Below, piece after piece: positions 29,101 through 40,724 of a DNA stretch of 64,000 nt. The stretch's first letter is position 1. Every line of letters begins with the position of its first letter. Position numbers and translations under genes: made by a program. The notes under the pieces were generated by a model. It was given only the letters and a program-made list of their open reading frames with translations. It had not been told where the DNA came from and made no database searches. This DNA comes from a candidate division FCPU426 bacterium. Lineage in GTDB: Bacteria > Oederibacteriota > Muellerivitia > Muellerivitales > Muellerivitaceae. The stretch covers positions 224,001 to 288,000 of the forward strand of contig CAWCKJ010000012.1 in assembly GCA_963796105.1 (NCBI GenBank), written 5' to 3'.

Positions 29101-32100
29101 GTCGCTGTATAAGTGTTCGTCGGGGTAGGAGTCGGCGTATTTGTCCTCGTATTCGTCGCCGAATAGGTGTTCGTCGGCGTATTCGTGGCAGTGGGCGTGT
29201 TCGTCCGGGTTGGCGTATTGGTCGGCGTATAGCTGATCGTCGGGGTATTCGTCGGCGATTGCGTCCCAGTATAGGTGTTCGTCGCTGTGTATGTCGTCGT
29301 ATAGGTTTTCGTTACGGTGGGCGTAGGCGTGTTCGTCCTCGTGGGTGTGGGTGTCGGAGTGTTTGTAGGCGTTGGCGTTGGAGTGGGGCTGTATGTGGAA
29401 GTCCATGTGTTTGTCGCAGTCGGCGTCGGGGTGTTGGTCCTCGTGGGTGTGGGTGTTGGAGTGTTAGTCGAAGTGGGAGTAGGAGTATTGGTCCTTGTAG
29501 GTGTCGGCGTCGGAGTGTTGGTGGGTGTTGGGGTTGGGGTGGGGCTGTATGTGGAAGTCCATGTGTTTGTCGCAGTCGGCGTCGGGGTATTCGTGTGCGT
29601 GGGAGTTGACGTCGAGGTGTTGGTTGGGGTGGGGGTTGGCGTCGGCGTGTATGTATTTGTCGGAGTATTAGTGTTGGTGCGAGTTGGCGACGACGTTGGG
29701 GTGGGCGTAGCGGTATATGTGTTCGTGGCTGTATTCGTCGCAGTGGGTGTTGGCGTGTTGGTACGCGTAGGTGAAGGTGTCGGCGTGTTCGTGGGTGTTG
29801 GTGTTGGGGTGGGCGTATAAGTATTCGTCGGAGTATTAGTATTGGTGTGGGTAGGCGACGGTGTCGGCGTATTCGTTAGGGTATTCGTTCTCGTTGGGGT
29901 CGGAGACGGTGTCGAAGTGTTGGTATTCGTGGGTGTCGGCGTATTGGTCCGAGTTGGTGTCGGTGTCGGGGTGTTGGTCGCGGTGGGGGTGGGTGTAGGA
30001 GTATAGGTGTTTGTGGGTGTTGGCGTATTGGTACGTGTGGGTGACGGAGTCGGGGTGTTTGTGGGTGTGGGTGTCGGCGTATTGGTCCTTGTGGGTGTCG
30101 GCGTCGGTGTATTCGTCGCGGTGGGGGTTGGCGTGGGTGTATTCGTGTTCGTCGGGGTATTGGTGCGGGTGGGTGTCGGGGTGGAAGTGTAAGTATTTGT
30201 CAGAGTAGGCGTGTTTGTTCTCGTCGGCGTGGCCGTAGGCGAATAGGTGTTCGTCAAAGTGGGGGTGGGGGTAGGTGAGTTTGTGGGGGTGCTGGTTAAG
30301 GTGTTCGTCCGGGTCATTGTTGGTGACAAAGTAAATGTGTTGGTCGGAATGACGGTTCCCGAGCAAGTAATATTAACCACGGAACTTGCTGTAACAGGGG
30401 AGTCGACGGATGTCGCGGCGGACGCGGTATTAGTGACAGCCTGGCAGGTAGAACCAGCGGTGACCCAAAATTTCAGGGTGACGGATTGACCGGCGGAAAC
30501 ATCGGGGATGGTCCAAGTGACTTTACCGCCGCTGTAGGTTCCTGTTACCGCCGTATCGGCGGTATTTCCACCCCAAGTAACATCACTTGGCAAGTTATCA
30601 ATGACAGTCACGCCAGGGAAATCCCGGCCTGCCACAGGCCCATTCCCGTAAATTCGACGCCATACTGAACCATCCCATTCCTCAACCAGCACTTGGGTGT
30701 AGGGGGTCGTGGACGTTTGGGTACCATAGGGGTCGTATTGGCTCACAGGGACACTGGTGCCGTCGCCGGCGGTCCAATCCGGGGAAACCGGAAGAGGGTA
30801 GGCCTGCCCTCCGAAGGTAGTGGGCGCATAACCCCCTCCCATCCATGACCAAGCTTTAACGGCAATTGGGCCTCCGGCCCACATGGTGGCTGGCCTCATA
30901 TTGTCCACATTATTTCCGGGCCAGATATCGAAATTGAGTAACGGAACATTGGAATCCAGATCCCCATATTGATTATTGGCAACATCGTTTCCGCTGTATC
31001 GTTGTGTGTACCAGAGATTCGGAATTCCAGCCGTGTTTCCATAAAAGGTCGGGAAGTGGGGGTTTGAGATGGTGGTATCAAACCAACGGAAAACATACCT
31101 TTGGTTCCAGGCCCCGTAGGTGGGATCGGTTCCGGCCACAACCGGCAGCTCTGTCAAAGAGTCCGGAATCCCAATGGTGTTGAAAATGGGGGGAACGGAG
31201 AAATCCGTCACGGTTCGTCCGGTATTCGATCCATAAGTGTTGCTGTTATGGTTGGCCATAATGACGTTGGTTTGCTGGGTGATGGGAAGACCCGTGCCGC
31301 CATAAGGCGTTCCATAGGTTGGATCGTAGAAGAAGAAGGACCAGCGGTAATTGGCGGGATTGATCAGGGGTTCATAGGCCTCAGACCTCAACTGGGAGTA
31401 GAACCCCAGGTAACCATAGGACTCCGTCACAGCCCCGAAACCCGGATATACCTTGGGGCGGCCCCCGTTCAACCAGTAATTGGCGCCTGACAAGCTGGTC
31501 ACAATGACGGAATAGGTAATTGTTCCTCCTGTAGCGACGCTCGTCGGGTTGGCCGATTTGGCGATTGTCAGACCCCGTGAAACGATATCCACGCAGTTGC
31601 GTTTAAATATCATGGAGATCTCATTGGGATAAGAGTTACTGGTCCAATGAAGCGTGCTCCCCACATAGATCTGAGCCGTATTGCAAATCCTCTCGTTTTT
31701 TGCCGCGGGATTCACCTGAACCAGCATGGTCACGGCTCCCATAGTGGATGTTTTGTTAGTCCCGCCCCCGGCGGTGTTCTGCAGGCCCGGAACCGTTCCA
31801 ATGTTCCATTTCACCGTTCCGCTGGAACCCACCGCGGGAGCGCTGGCAGCCGAAGGGCTCGAGGAAACGTAAAAAAGGTCGGTGGGCAAAGCGTCCGATA
31901 TGGTCACCGCGCTCGCGCTGGCCGCGCCGTAATTTCGGTAGGAAAGCGTGTAGGTGAGGGTATCCCCTGCGTAAGCGAAGGTTTTATTGACGGACTTATA
32001 AACCTTCATATTTGGCTGGGCAGCCATGTTGCAGGGATTATTAAAGTTTCCTGACAGGGTGAGGAGTCCAAGCCACCGGTAAAACGCGTGAAAATATTTG

Positions 32101-33695
32101 GGTTGGCCGTAGGTTCCATCTGCGGCGGGTGTTTCATTGTCCCAATTCAGGTAGTTGTCGCGCCATAAATCCTTCATCAACTCCACTTGGGTTCCAGCCT
32201 TGCCGATAAGAGTGTCCAGGTTATCGGCGGCGCAGGAAGCCATTGCGGCCGGTCCCAGAATAGCGGGAATATGCCAGGAACTATTATTGGCGTTGGCCCA
32301 TATTCCGTTGTTATTTTCTCCCTCGGCGTCCATTTCCCCGACGCCCCAATATAAAAGCCCATAATTATCGTTATAGGCGGCGTTGCCGATCGCGACCCCG
32401 TTCCAAGCGACCTGTGAATACTTGGACAAAAACACCTGCTCCATATTGGTGGCGGGTGGAGTATTCAGGACCACGTGATTGACAGGATCCCAGGAGTTGG
32501 GAGGCAACCCATTCCATAGGTAATCCAGGGAATTTCTGAACGGCATCCGGATACCCTCTGCGGAAGGTCCCCAACTGGTGCCGTAAAAAGTCACGTTTCC
32601 AGCCGCGTCCACATCGAACCCATCCGGCCCGACAGGATAGGGCGTGACCTGGGTATTTAATTTGGAAACGATATACTCGCTGGAGACTGCCGCCCTCAGA
32701 AACTGGCTCCCCACCTGAGTGTTTCCCTGGGCCTCCATGATGGATGAAAAACACCGGTAATAACTCGGCGCCAAGTAATCCGTGGCGCAGTTTCCCTGGA
32801 AAGTCCCAAAACCGCCTGGACTGCAAGAACCAAAATATGGGGGATAAGGGGTCACACCCGCCTGGTCCCAGGTCGTACTGTCCCGGGCCGTATTCCCACC
32901 CTTCACATATCCATCAAACCCGACCTCAGCCGAGTCATAATCCTTACCGCTAGGATCGCCAGTGTCCTGCCTCCAGGCCGTCATTGCCGTGGCATAATTG
33001 ATGAATTCCTGTTGATAGCTGATATTGGCGCCGGCCGCGGTTTGATACCCGGAGTTGGCCCCCCATTGCTTCCAAGCAATCAAGAGAGCCATACATATAT
33101 CCTCATCACCATCCGTCGCCCCTCCCTGGCCCGCCGTGGAATGGTTCCAAGCCACTAACCCCGGCATCTGACAACTTGCCGTACCCCAACCTGTCAATTG
33201 GAGGGTTCCTGGATTTACTTCGTAGCTGATGGCCCGCACGATCCGACTATGGATGTGTATCCACAAACCATCGAAGGTATCTTTGTCGGCCATCAGAGCG
33301 GCCATGAGTAGGGCGTAACCGTCGCCTTCCGAACAACCAGGATAGGTATCCGACCCACAACCCGTTGTCGTGAAGGCCAACCGCGGAATAGTGCTGCCCG
33401 ATGGCATCCATAGACCAGTCAATTTCTGGAGCCGATGCATTCCCTCGATATAGGCCTGCGTCACCGCAGCTTCCATCTCGGCATGAGGTACACCATCTGG
33501 ATTGGTGGTCGCTAAGGATTTCCCATATTGGTATTCCAGGAACTGTGGAAAAGGCCAGTTAGGCGATTGCGGCATCACTGTCCCATTATTGATGTTGGCT
33601 CCAGTGACTGGAAAAGTAGCCCAACAAACGTTTTGAGCCGCAAGCCCAAAAAGAAATGAAAATAGGATTAATTTATAATTTTTGAAAAGCTTCAC
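26175..33695 (-). CDS. Secreted 2506-aa protein: GH8-like domain, DUF11 domains, ~890-aa Thr/Pro linker, NHL repeats, FlgD/T9SS-CTD-like Ig domain
   Basis: Signal peptide; [11 protein letters not shown] and [20 protein letters not shown] (GH8); [22 protein letters not shown] (DUF11); TNTPTPT tracts; [12 protein letters not shown] repeats; [19 protein letters not shown] at the C-terminus. Confidence 0.88.
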   Translation of the reverse strand: MKLFKNYKLILFSFLFGLAAQNVCWATFPVTGANINNGTVMPQSPNWPFPQFLEYQYGKSLATTNPDGVPHAEMEAAVTQAYIEGMHRLQKLTGLWMPSGSTIPRLAFTTTGCGSDTYPGCSEGDGYALLMAALMADKDTFDGLWIHIHSRIVRAISYEVNPGTLQLTGWGTASCQMPGLVAWNHSTAGQGGATDGDEDICMALLIAWKQWGANSGYQTAAGANISYQQEFINYATAMTAWRQDTGDPSGKDYDSAEVGFDGYVKGGNTARDSTTWDQAGVTPYPPYFGSCSPGGFGTFQGNCATDYLAPSYYRCFSSIMEAQGNTQVGSQFLRAAVSSEYIVSKLNTQVTPYPVGPDGFDVDAAGNVTFYGTSWGPSAEGIRMPFRNSLDYLWNGLPPNSWDPVNHVVLNTPPATNMEQVFLSKYSQVAWNGVAIGNAAYNDNYGLLYWGVGEMDAEGENNNGIWANANNSSWHIPAILGPAAMASCAADNLDTLIGKAGTQVELMKDLWRDNYLNWDNETPAADGTYGQPKYFHAFYRWLGLLTLSGNFNNPCNMAAQPNMKVYKSVNKTFAYAGDTLTYTLSYRNYGAASASAVTISDALPTDLFYVSSSPSAASAPAVGSSGTVKWNIGTVPGLQNTAGGGTNKTSTMGAVTMLVQVNPAAKNERICNTAQIYVGSTLHWTSNSYPNEISMIFKRNCVDIVSRGLTIAKSANPTSVATGGTITYSVIVTSLSGANYWLNGGRPKVYPGFGAVTESYGYLGFYSQLRSEAYEPLINPANYRWSFFFYDPTYGTPYGGTGLPITQQTNVIMANHNSNTYGSNTGRTVTDFSVPPIFNTIGIPDSLTELPVVAGTDPTYGAWNQRYVFRWFDTTISNPHFPTFYGNTAGIPNLWYTQRYSGNDVANNQYGDLDSNVPLLNFDIWPGNNVDNMRPATMWAGGPIAVKAWSWMGGGYAPTTFGGQAYPLPVSPDWTAGDGTSVPVSQYDPYGTQTSTTPYTQVLVEEWDGSVWRRIYGNGPVAGRDFPGVTVIDNLPSDVTWGGNTADTAVTGTYSGGKVTWTIPDVSAGQSVTLKFWVTAGSTCQAVTNTASAATSVDSPVTASSVVNITCSGTVIPTNTFTLSPTMTRTNTLTSTPTNSPTPTPTLTNTYSPTATPTRTNTPTLTNTYTSTPTPTRTNTPTNTNTPTPTPTATNTPTPTPTRTNTPTPTPTNTPTPSPTRTNTPTPTNTYTPTPTPTATNTPTPTPTRTNTPTPTNTNTSTPSPTPTRTNTLTNTPTPSPTHTNTNTPTNTYTPTPTPTPTNTPTPSPTRTNTPTPTATNTATNTYTATPTPTSSPTRTNTNTPTNTYTPTPTPTPTNTSTSTPTHTNTPTPTATNTWTSTYSPTPTPTPTNTPTPTPTRTNTPTPTSTNTPTPTPTRTNTPTPTATNTWTSTYSPTPTPTPTNTPTPTPTRTNTPTPTVTKTYTTTYTATNTYTGTQSPTNTPTISYTPTNTPTRTNTPTATNTPTNTYSATNTRTNTPTPTPTNTYTATSTPTNTYTPTPTNTWTNTYTATSTRTNTPTPTPTNTYTATSTSTNTYTPTATNTWTNTYTATNTRTSTPTNTVTNTYTATNTRTNTPTNTVTNTYTATFTPTNTSTGTQSATPTYTNTPTNTKTNTPTNTATNTHTPTNSPTPSNTPTPTNTWTNTYTATNTRTPTPTPTVTNTYTATNTWTNTSTPTPSPTVTNTRTWTPTVTLTPTGTQPPTSTFTNSPTVTNTYTLTNTYTATNTRTNSPTATVTNTYTQTNTWTSTNTPTETFTWTDTYTATQSYTPTSTRTATNTYTPTNTYTATNTKTQTNTPTATNTPPDTNTPTPTFTWTDTYTQTATFSPTSTRTATNTQTQTNTYTSTNTPTATKTGTMSPTPTDTWTPTNTKTQTNTWTPTDTYTPTNTRTQTNTYTPSNTPSATNSPTWTMTRTSTNTPTDSYTPTSTKTPLPTATNTCTWTPTSSPTATVTPVPTATPLPGCGGCSVSTDQSASWAVGQASLTQSSATTISASSLHSPEGVFQAGNVMVVADTGSHRILVYSPVPNAIQPSAVQVIGQSAFTGSVANQGTAANSNTLNTPMGIWTDGTRVIVADQGNNRVLIYNNISTLGATNGSADVVIGQADMVSNKPNQGVTLTPGANTLYAPTGVFYDGTRLFIDDLDNNRILVYNTLPTVNGASADEVIGQGTFTSYKANSGMSGVTSQELSGPKGLWVDSGNLYVADTGNHRVLIYNNGGSGIDSISGNNPAADAVVGQKSFTTNANGCSATQLNGPMGVCAVNCQMYIADTGSERVLVYNQIPTGTANPPAAVVLGQPNMTSYSSSTVVKANSFINPFGIQAVGGVLYVTDQNENRLLAFQCAAGTGASLSVSGVVMNGPTPTGVSGAVMKNVVAGPNISRGGEAVAIQYTLSQAARVTLRIYTMTGELVYEKGAQGSEGANKMAWDVKNQGGQGVASGLYLYVLEAQGANGTVRKIGKILVVH
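28903..29160. repeat. 120-bp tandem duplication within the Thr/Pro linker
   Basis: 28903-29022 is near-identical to 29023-29142, with a partial third copy. Confidence 0.8.
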
Positions 33696-34390
33696 TTTTT
33701 CCTCAATTGTCTAAACCAAATTCTCTTCCCATTCGGCTTATGGATCCCAATTCAGCGCCGAATGGAAAGATCTTTTTCCTTGTTCGACTTTAAATCCATC
33801 TCAGTAATTCTGGACTTAAAGTAATTGCTCCCCTTCAAGGGACAGGAGTTGTGAAATATGAGTTTAAAACGTTCTCAACCGTGATTTTCCTGCTAATTAA
33901 AAGGGATGTAAAGAACTGTTCAAATGAATATTAAGTGAGTTTTATCGAGAAAATAAGCCGATTTTCACTAAATTTGTTCTTATAAAAAATTTTTTCGCGA
34001 ATTATTAATCACTTCTTTGAATTTTCATCATGAAAGCCCTTTTTCCGTAACCGGTTTCATTCCATTTAGGCGGTGAATACACTTCAATATGATAAAAAGT
34101 TTTATTTTTGTTTAGAAATAACTAGGGATCCCTTATACGGGTGAATTTCTAATAATTTTAAATGTATCCCACAATGAGTAATAAAAATCTCAAACAAAAA
34201 GTTAACATCAGTTTCGAAATCACTAAAAAATAATCCGTTTTTAACATCTCGATATTAAGCCCACTGCAAAACACCTACCCCACAAGAAAATCTTTTCGTA
34301 ATTTGGATTTTTAACCGGGAGATTGAAATAAATGAATGTCTTGGGATCCATCTGTCCAGAATGGCTCAAATTAAATTCCAATTCCCAGAA

Positions 34391-34437
34391 AAAGAAAAAT
34401 GCCTTAAGCAGCTATTACTCAGCGGCTTAAGGCATTA
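34391..34437 (-). terminator. Terminator after the 980-aa gene
   Basis: AATGCCTTAAGC...GCTTAAGGCATT stem with an A run on its left (T run on the minus strand). Confidence 0.75.
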
Positions 34438-34439
34438 TT

Positions 34440-37382
34440 TTATTTGTTGCGGGAATCGGGGTTCTGGTTCCCCAAGTCATTGATGGGGGGCAAATCCAAA
34501 TCCTTGGGAGGTTTCAAGTCAGAATCCTGAAGGGGGGGCAGCGCCAAATTCGAGTCCGCAGGTGGCGGTGCAGTCGTTGTATTCCCATTGGATGGAGCCG
34601 GAGAAGCAGAACCAATTCCAGTAGCGGTCGCGGGAAGATTCGGGCTCAAATCCATGGGCGGCGCCTGCATTCCGTCAATGCTTCCATTCACTCCCTGCAA
34701 GGCATTGAGGGCCTTTTGCTGGTCGGCAGTAGGCTGTGTGTTGGTGGTTGAGGCCGCAGGCACAGTGCTTGCGTTAGGAGCCGGAGCATTTACATTCGCC
34801 GCTGGAGCGGGAGAGACGTTGACTGGCGCGGTTGTATTAGGCGGCGGAGCGTTAGTAGCGGCTACAGGCGGAGCTTCCAAGCCCGGAAGAGCGTCAAGGC
34901 CAGGGGGCGCTTCCAGAGGCGGTGGTGCCGAAACATTTGGAGACGCCGCTGGTGGTGCGGGTGCATTCACATTCGCCGCGGGAGCGGGTGGGGCAACTGC
35001 CGACGCTGGAGCAGCGGGCGAAGGCGCGCTAACCCCAGCTGGTGGAGCTTCCAAACCAGGGGGAGCCTCTAGTCCCGGAGGCGCTTCCAAAGGAGGTGGC
35101 GCCGAAACATTTTCCGGTGATACCGGAGGTACGGGCACATTTACATTCGTCGCGGGAGCTGGAGAGGCAACAGCCGGTGCCGGAGCAGCGGGAGGAGACG
35201 CACTAACAGCGGCTGGCGGAGCTTCCAAACCCGGGGGAGCCTCTAGTCCCGGAGGCGCTTCCAAAGGAGGTGGCGCCGAAACATTTTCCGGTGATGTCGG
35301 AGGTGCAGGTGCATTCACATTCGCCGCTGGAGCGGGTAAGGCAACTGCCGGTGCCGGAGCGGCTGGAGGAGGCGCGCTAACAGCAGCGGGCGGAGCTTCC
35401 AAACCCGGGGGAGCCTCTAGTCCCGGAGGCGCCTCTAAACTGGGTGGTGCGGTTGTTTCAGCGCCTGGCAAAGACGGCAAAGCCTCTGACGCCACTGGAA
35501 CCGATGGCGCCGCGGAAGGCGAGGGAAGAGCCGGAAGATTCGAGCCAGCCTCAGCTGGTGGAGCCTCTAGAGCCGGGGGAGCTTCAAGACCCGGTGGAGG
35601 CGGAAGGGTTTCACTTCCAGGAACTGGAGGCGCATTTGCGGCAGCGGGAGGAGCTTCAAGACCCGGAGGAGCCTCCAAGCCCGGGGGAACGGAGAGGGTG
35701 CCTTCAGCCGGAAGCGGAGGGACCGCCGCGTTCACGGTGGCTGGAGAAGAAGCCGCGGGTGCTGGCTGGGGAACATTTGGCGCGGAAACTTCAGGAACGC
35801 CGAGAGCTGGTGCCGGCAATTCAGGAACCGCTGGAACTTGTGGATTTGCGGCCACTGGAACCTCAGCCGCTGGTGGTTGTGTAGCGGCCACGGGGGCGGT
35901 TGTTTCCGGCTGGGCAACTGGAGCGTTAGCTGTTCCGGCAAAATTTTGCTCTGGCGGCAATGCCAAAGGCTTCAACTGGTGGGGCGCGGGAAGCAAAGGC
36001 TTAACCACCACCTCGCCCGAAACGGCTAAGGGAGCAGCCGCGACAGATGCCGCTTCGGGAGCTGGTGCAGAAACTAAAGGGGCCGTAGCCACGGTTGGAG
36101 GAACTTCAGCCTGAGGAGCGGGAGCTGATGTGGCGGCAGAAGGGGCCGGAGGCGGAGCTGGCGCGGCGGCCTCAGCCGGCAAAGGCGGTACCCCGGGAGC
36201 CTCAGGAGCGACAGCGCTGGGTGCCGGAGGTGCGGCTGGAGCCGGCAAGGCTGGTGGCGGCGCTGGTGCGGCGGCTTCCGACGGCAAAGGCGGCACTCCG
36301 GGAGCTTCAGGAGCGACAACACTAGTTGCCGGAGGAACAGCTGGAGCCGACAAAGCTGGCGGAGGCGCGGAAGAGGCAGCTTGACCAGGCAACGGAGGTA
36401 CGCCGGGAACTTCTGGAGCCGCAGCGATCGCCGGAGGCCCTTTTGGCGGGACGGTTTTGGCTTGGGCCGTTTCGGCTTCCTTCTTGCTCTTTAATGCTTC
36501 CAAGCCCTCTTTCTCCCTTAATTTTTTCAGGGCGATCTTCTGATCTTTCTCTTCTTTATTTTCTTTTGCGATTTGAGACTTGGACATTGCGATGGTTATC
36601 TCGGGAATTTGGTTCCTGACGTACAACCTTTGGATTTCCTTGAGGGTTTTCATAGGGCTGACATCAACTAAACCCTGGATCTTGGTTTTTACGACAGCCA
36701 GGTCGTTGGAACCCCAGTAATTTCCGGGCAACTTGAAGGAAGGTGTGTTGTTGATCACTTCCACTTGGTTGTCCCGGACGATGTTGTTGACGAATTTGAA
36801 ATCCGAGAAACCCTTCAAGTAAACCCCATAGGTATTTTGGGTGATGGTGTTGAATGAAACTATGGCTTTGACCTTACCTTCGGAAATCAATCCCGCCGCA
36901 TTCCCGTAAAACTTGTTATTTTTTAAATGCGCTTCTGTGCCGCCTTGGAGGTAAACACCGCTCCCTCTAGTGACTTCCGACCATTCCATTTTGATTTTTG
37001 CGTCATTTGCCAAAAAGACTCCGCTGACAATCTTGGCGTCGATAAGATTTGCTTCCCCGCCATTTACGAATAATTTGCTCTGGAGGCCGCCTTCCTCCAT
37101 GTGAAACACCGCGGGGTTCGCCTCGGATCCTTCAACATTTAATATTCCATCCACTTCCAATTCGGCAGTTCCCTGAAATACTACTTTGACTCCCTTGCCG
37201 ATATGAAGAGTCACACCCTTTGGAACGACTACTTTTCCTGAAATTTGATAAGGATTGCCGTTGGCTTCCCACTGGGTGTCAGAAAGTAGGGTTGGTGGAA
37301 CCGCCGTATCGGCATTGACTGGGAGGAATAAAAAAGAAAATAACAGAAAAAGCGGGAAAACTTGGCTGATAGATCGCTTCAT
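34440..37382 (-). CDS. Secreted protein: N-terminal right-handed beta-helix, Lys/Glu coiled segment, ~600-aa Pro/Ala-rich region with LEAPP repeats
   Basis: Signal peptide; NPYQISGKVVVPKGVTLHI, NNKFYGN and GNYWG motifs; repeated PPGLEAPP. Confidence 0.8.
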   Translation of the reverse strand: MKRSISQVFPLFLLFSFLFLPVNADTAVPPTLLSDTQWEANGNPYQISGKVVVPKGVTLHIGKGVKVVFQGTAELEVDGILNVEGSEANPAVFHMEEGGLQSKLFVNGGEANLIDAKIVSGVFLANDAKIKMEWSEVTRGSGVYLQGGTEAHLKNNKFYGNAAGLISEGKVKAIVSFNTITQNTYGVYLKGFSDFKFVNNIVRDNQVEVINNTPSFKLPGNYWGSNDLAVVKTKIQGLVDVSPMKTLKEIQRLYVRNQIPEITIAMSKSQIAKENKEEKDQKIALKKLREKEGLEALKSKKEAETAQAKTVPPKGPPAIAAAPEVPGVPPLPGQAASSAPPPALSAPAVPPATSVVAPEAPGVPPLPSEAAAPAPPPALPAPAAPPAPSAVAPEAPGVPPLPAEAAAPAPPPAPSAATSAPAPQAEVPPTVATAPLVSAPAPEAASVAAAPLAVSGEVVVKPLLPAPHQLKPLALPPEQNFAGTANAPVAQPETTAPVAATQPPAAEVPVAANPQVPAVPELPAPALGVPEVSAPNVPQPAPAASSPATVNAAVPPLPAEGTLSVPPGLEAPPGLEAPPAAANAPPVPGSETLPPPPGLEAPPALEAPPAEAGSNLPALPSPSAAPSVPVASEALPSLPGAETTAPPSLEAPPGLEAPPGLEAPPAAVSAPPPAAPAPAVALPAPAANVNAPAPPTSPENVSAPPPLEAPPGLEAPPGLEAPPAAVSASPPAAPAPAVASPAPATNVNVPVPPVSPENVSAPPPLEAPPGLEAPPGLEAPPAGVSAPSPAAPASAVAPPAPAANVNAPAPPAASPNVSAPPPLEAPPGLDALPGLEAPPVAATNAPPPNTTAPVNVSPAPAANVNAPAPNASTVPAASTTNTQPTADQQKALNALQGVNGSIDGMQAPPMDLSPNLPATATGIGSASPAPSNGNTTTAPPPADSNLALPPLQDSDLKPPKDLDLPPINDLGNQNPDSRNK
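34870..35440. repeat. 174-bp (58-codon) tandem unit, starts at four positions
   Basis: GGAGCTTCCAA starts at 34870, 35044, 35218 and 35392. Confidence 0.8.
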
Positions 37383-37515
37383 AAAGTTTCTTAACCCCGA
37401 ATGTTTTAGGATAAGCCCACCCCACGTCTCAAACGGCTGAAAAACGCATGTACTATAACATATTAAATGCTGTTCCTTAAATCACAAACCATCTAAGAAA
37501 TAAGGAAATTCCTGC

Positions 37516-37559
37516 GCTGTAAAACCGTTGGCAGGGCCTTTCCCGCCAACGGTTTTAGC
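37516..37559 (-). terminator. Stem-loop downstream of ppdK, probable terminator
   Basis: TAAAACCGTTGGC...GCCAACGGTTTTA inverted repeat. Confidence 0.55.
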
Positions 37560-37736
37560 CTATGGAGATACCTTGAATCAAAAATATTCCTTCTCTCTCG
37601 GAACCCTATTAAACATAAAACTACACGCCCAAGAAGAGCTTAAAACTCAATATTTAGGCCTATGAAGGCTCAATACGCAATAAAACCCTCAAGGCGCCAT
37701 TTCCATTTCAAACGTCGAGAAATATCGCTTACTCGA

Positions 37737-40511
37737 CTATTTTGAGGAATATTCCTTCGCTCCCTTTTTCGAAAACTTGAGTGCGGCCTGCGCCGCGGCC
37801 AAGCGTGCGATGGGAACCCGATACGGCGAGCAGGAAACATAATTCAAACCCGCCAGATGACAGAATTCCACTGAATTGGGATCGCCGCCATGTTCCCCGC
37901 AGATGCCCACTTTGAGTTTAGGCCGAACTGAACGGCCTTTTTCCACGGCCATCTTCACTAGCTGCCCCACCCCTCCGCGATCAAGAACCTGAAAGGGATC
38001 TTTCTCGCAAACACCATGGTCAATGTAATACCGGATAATCTTCGCGGTATCATCCCTCGAAAAGCCGAAGGTGGTTTGGGTCAAATCGTTGGTTCCGAAA
38101 CTGAAAAATTCGGCTTCCGTGGCGATCTGATCGGCCGTGACAGCCGCTCGAGGTAGCTCAATCATGGTTCCGATCATGTACTCTAACTTGATTCCATATT
38201 TTTTTATGGTCTCATCCGCTTTTTTAATCACGATGGCTTTTTGATTATTGAGTTCAGCCACGTCCCCCACCAGGGGAATCATGATTTCCGGAACGATCTT
38301 TTTGCCTTTCTTCACCAGTTCGCAAGCTGCAGCAATAACCGCTTCGGTCTGCATTTCGGTGATTTCAGGGTAGGTAATACCCAATCGGCATCCGCGATGG
38401 CCGAGCATGGGATTAAACTCGTGAAGTTCCTCGACTCTCTGCAAAAGCTTCTTGGCCTTGTCTAGGTCCGAACCCTTTCCGCTCACCAGTTCCAAAGCTT
38501 TCTTAATCACCTCATTTGTGGTAGTGCTCTTCCCGGTGGCTTCCATCTTGGCAACCTCCACCATGAGCTCCTCCCGCTTGGGAAGAAACTCATGAAGGGG
38601 TGGATCCAGAAAACGGACTGTGACTGGATCGCCCTCCATCGCCTCGAAAAGCCCGAGGAAATCCGACTTCTGCATGGGCAACAAAGCCTCCAAGGCCTTG
38701 CGGCGGGAGGACTCATCCGTGGCCAATATCATCGCCTGCATATGTGGCAATCGGTCCTCGTCAAAAAACATGTGTTCGGTCCGGCATAAACCTATTCCTT
38801 GAGCCCCGAAGGATCGAGCGACTTTCGCGTCCCGGGGAATATCGGCGTTGGCTCGAACCTTAAGAGTGCGAATGGCATCCGCCCAACCCATAAGCGTTGC
38901 AAAATCGCCCGAGAGCTCGGCGTCCTGGGTGGGAACCTTTCCACGGATAACCTCTCCCGTTGAACCGTTGAGAGATATCCAATCTCCCTCCTTGATTGTG
39001 GTTCCATTAACCGTGAAAAGATTGTTATGTTCATCCACTCGGATGGCTTCGCATCCGGCAACGCAGGTTTTTCCCATACCGCGAGCGACAACCGCAGCAT
39101 GGCTGGTCATGCCCCCCCGGCCTGTCAGAATACCCTCCGAAGCGTCCATTCCATGGATGTCATCAGGAGAAGTTTCCAAACGAACGAGGATCACTTTTTT
39201 TCCAGCTATTTTCCATTCCACCGCGGTTTCAGCCGTGAATACCGCTTGCCCCGAGGCGGCGCCTGGGGAAGCTGGAAGGCCCTTTGTGATGACCTCTTTT
39301 TTTGCTTTAACGTCAAAAACCGGATGCAAAAGCTGGTCCAATTGGATGGGTTCCACTCTCAATAGCGCGTCCTCTTTGGTGATGAGTTTCTCGTCCACCA
39401 TGTCCACCGCGATCTTCACGGCGGCTGCAGCCGTCCGCTTGCCGGTGCGAGTCTGGAGCATGAACAACTTCCCCTTCTCAATGGTAAACTCGAAATCCTG
39501 GACGTCACGGTAGTGTTTTTCCAGTTTCTTGGTGGTTTCATAGAGCTGTTGGAATACTTTGGGCATATCCTTTTCCAAATGAGCGATGGGCAGGGGCGTT
39601 CGTACGCCCGCTACCACGTCCTCTCCCTGTGCGTTCAAAAGATATTCGCCATAGAATTTTTTCTCTCCAGTGGCCGGATTCCTCGTGAATCCGACGCCCG
39701 TTCCGGAATCCTCACCCATGTTGCCGAACACCATGGATTGGACATTCACTGCGGTTCCGATGTTATGGGGTATATCATTCTGCTTGCGGTAATAGATGGC
39801 TCGATCGTTCATCCAGGAACGGAATACGGCGTCCCGGGCGCCGCGGAGCTGGGCCATGACGTCCTGAGGAAATTCACTTCCGGTCTTTTCCTTGATCAGT
39901 TTCTTGAATTTCGACACCAAATCCCGCAGATCGGCCGCGGAAAGCTCGGTATCCAGTTTGACCCCTTTCTCTTCCTTCATTTTGTCTATGGCGCGCTCAA
40001 ACACTTCCTTGCCCATTTCCATTACCACGTTTCCATACATCTGTACGAATCGCCGGTAGCTGTCATAGGCGAAACGCTCGTTGTTGGTGGAAGCGATTAA
40101 TCCCTTCACGGTCTCGTCATTAAGGCCAAGGTTCAAAATAGTATCCATCATGCCGGGCATGGAGAACTTGGCTCCCGAACGGACTGAAACCAAAAGGGGA
40201 TTATTACGGTCCCCGAATTTCTTACCAAGCGTCTTTTCCAACCTGCCCAAATGATCCTGCATTTCCTTATCGATGGAAGCAGGAACTTTTTTGCCATTCT
40301 CGTAGTAAATCCGGCAAGTTTCCGTGCAAATAGTGAAACCCGGAGGAACGGGAACGCCGGCGTTGGTCATTTCGGCGAGCCCCGCGCCCTTCCCTCCCAA
40401 TACATCCTTCATGGTACCCTGACCTTCGGCTTTTCCGCTTCCGAAGAAATAGACGAATTTTTTTGTTTTCAATCCGGATTTGGATGACGGTTTTTTCGCG
40501 GCTTTCGGCAT
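37737..40511 (-). CDS. ppdK: Pyruvate, phosphate dikinase
   Basis: LGGKGAGLAEM, SMPGMMDTILNLG, GGMTSHAAVVAR (phospho-His), GIGLCRTEHMF and GICGEHGGDP; GGAGG before ATG 40511. Confidence 0.98.
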   Translation of the reverse strand: MPKAAKKPSSKSGLKTKKFVYFFGSGKAEGQGTMKDVLGGKGAGLAEMTNAGVPVPPGFTICTETCRIYYENGKKVPASIDKEMQDHLGRLEKTLGKKFGDRNNPLLVSVRSGAKFSMPGMMDTILNLGLNDETVKGLIASTNNERFAYDSYRRFVQMYGNVVMEMGKEVFERAIDKMKEEKGVKLDTELSAADLRDLVSKFKKLIKEKTGSEFPQDVMAQLRGARDAVFRSWMNDRAIYYRKQNDIPHNIGTAVNVQSMVFGNMGEDSGTGVGFTRNPATGEKKFYGEYLLNAQGEDVVAGVRTPLPIAHLEKDMPKVFQQLYETTKKLEKHYRDVQDFEFTIEKGKLFMLQTRTGKRTAAAAVKIAVDMVDEKLITKEDALLRVEPIQLDQLLHPVFDVKAKKEVITKGLPASPGAASGQAVFTAETAVEWKIAGKKVILVRLETSPDDIHGMDASEGILTGRGGMTSHAAVVARGMGKTCVAGCEAIRVDEHNNLFTVNGTTIKEGDWISLNGSTGEVIRGKVPTQDAELSGDFATLMGWADAIRTLKVRANADIPRDAKVARSFGAQGIGLCRTEHMFFDEDRLPHMQAMILATDESSRRKALEALLPMQKSDFLGLFEAMEGDPVTVRFLDPPLHEFLPKREELMVEVAKMEATGKSTTTNEVIKKALELVSGKGSDLDKAKKLLQRVEELHEFNPMLGHRGCRLGITYPEITEMQTEAVIAAACELVKKGKKIVPEIMIPLVGDVAELNNQKAIVIKKADETIKKYGIKLEYMIGTMIELPRAAVTADQIATEAEFFSFGTNDLTQTTFGFSRDDTAKIIRYYIDHGVCEKDPFQVLDRGGVGQLVKMAVEKGRSVRPKLKVGICGEHGGDPNSVEFCHLAGLNYVSCSPYRVPIARLAAAQAALKFSKKGAKEYSSK

Positions 40512-40724
40512 TTGAATCCTCCCTGGCATACTAAATAAAATTTACCGGCATAACAAAAAACTACTGGCTCGCTTAACTAATGGAACAAAATTTGAAAGGC
40601 TTTAAAAATGGCCCTCATTGTAGCAGACGGTTTTTCGTTTTCAATGACGGCCGTCTATCGGGTTTCATATGGGATTCGAAACAATAAACTTCTTGCCATT
40701 TTCGCTAAAACCGATTGTTTTAAT

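Noticed and set aside
27755..36619. Long antisense or alternative-frame ORFs over the Thr/Pro and Pro/Ala repeats (e.g. 28269-29609, 34588-36114)
   Set aside because: Shadows of low-complexity coding sequence on the minus strand.
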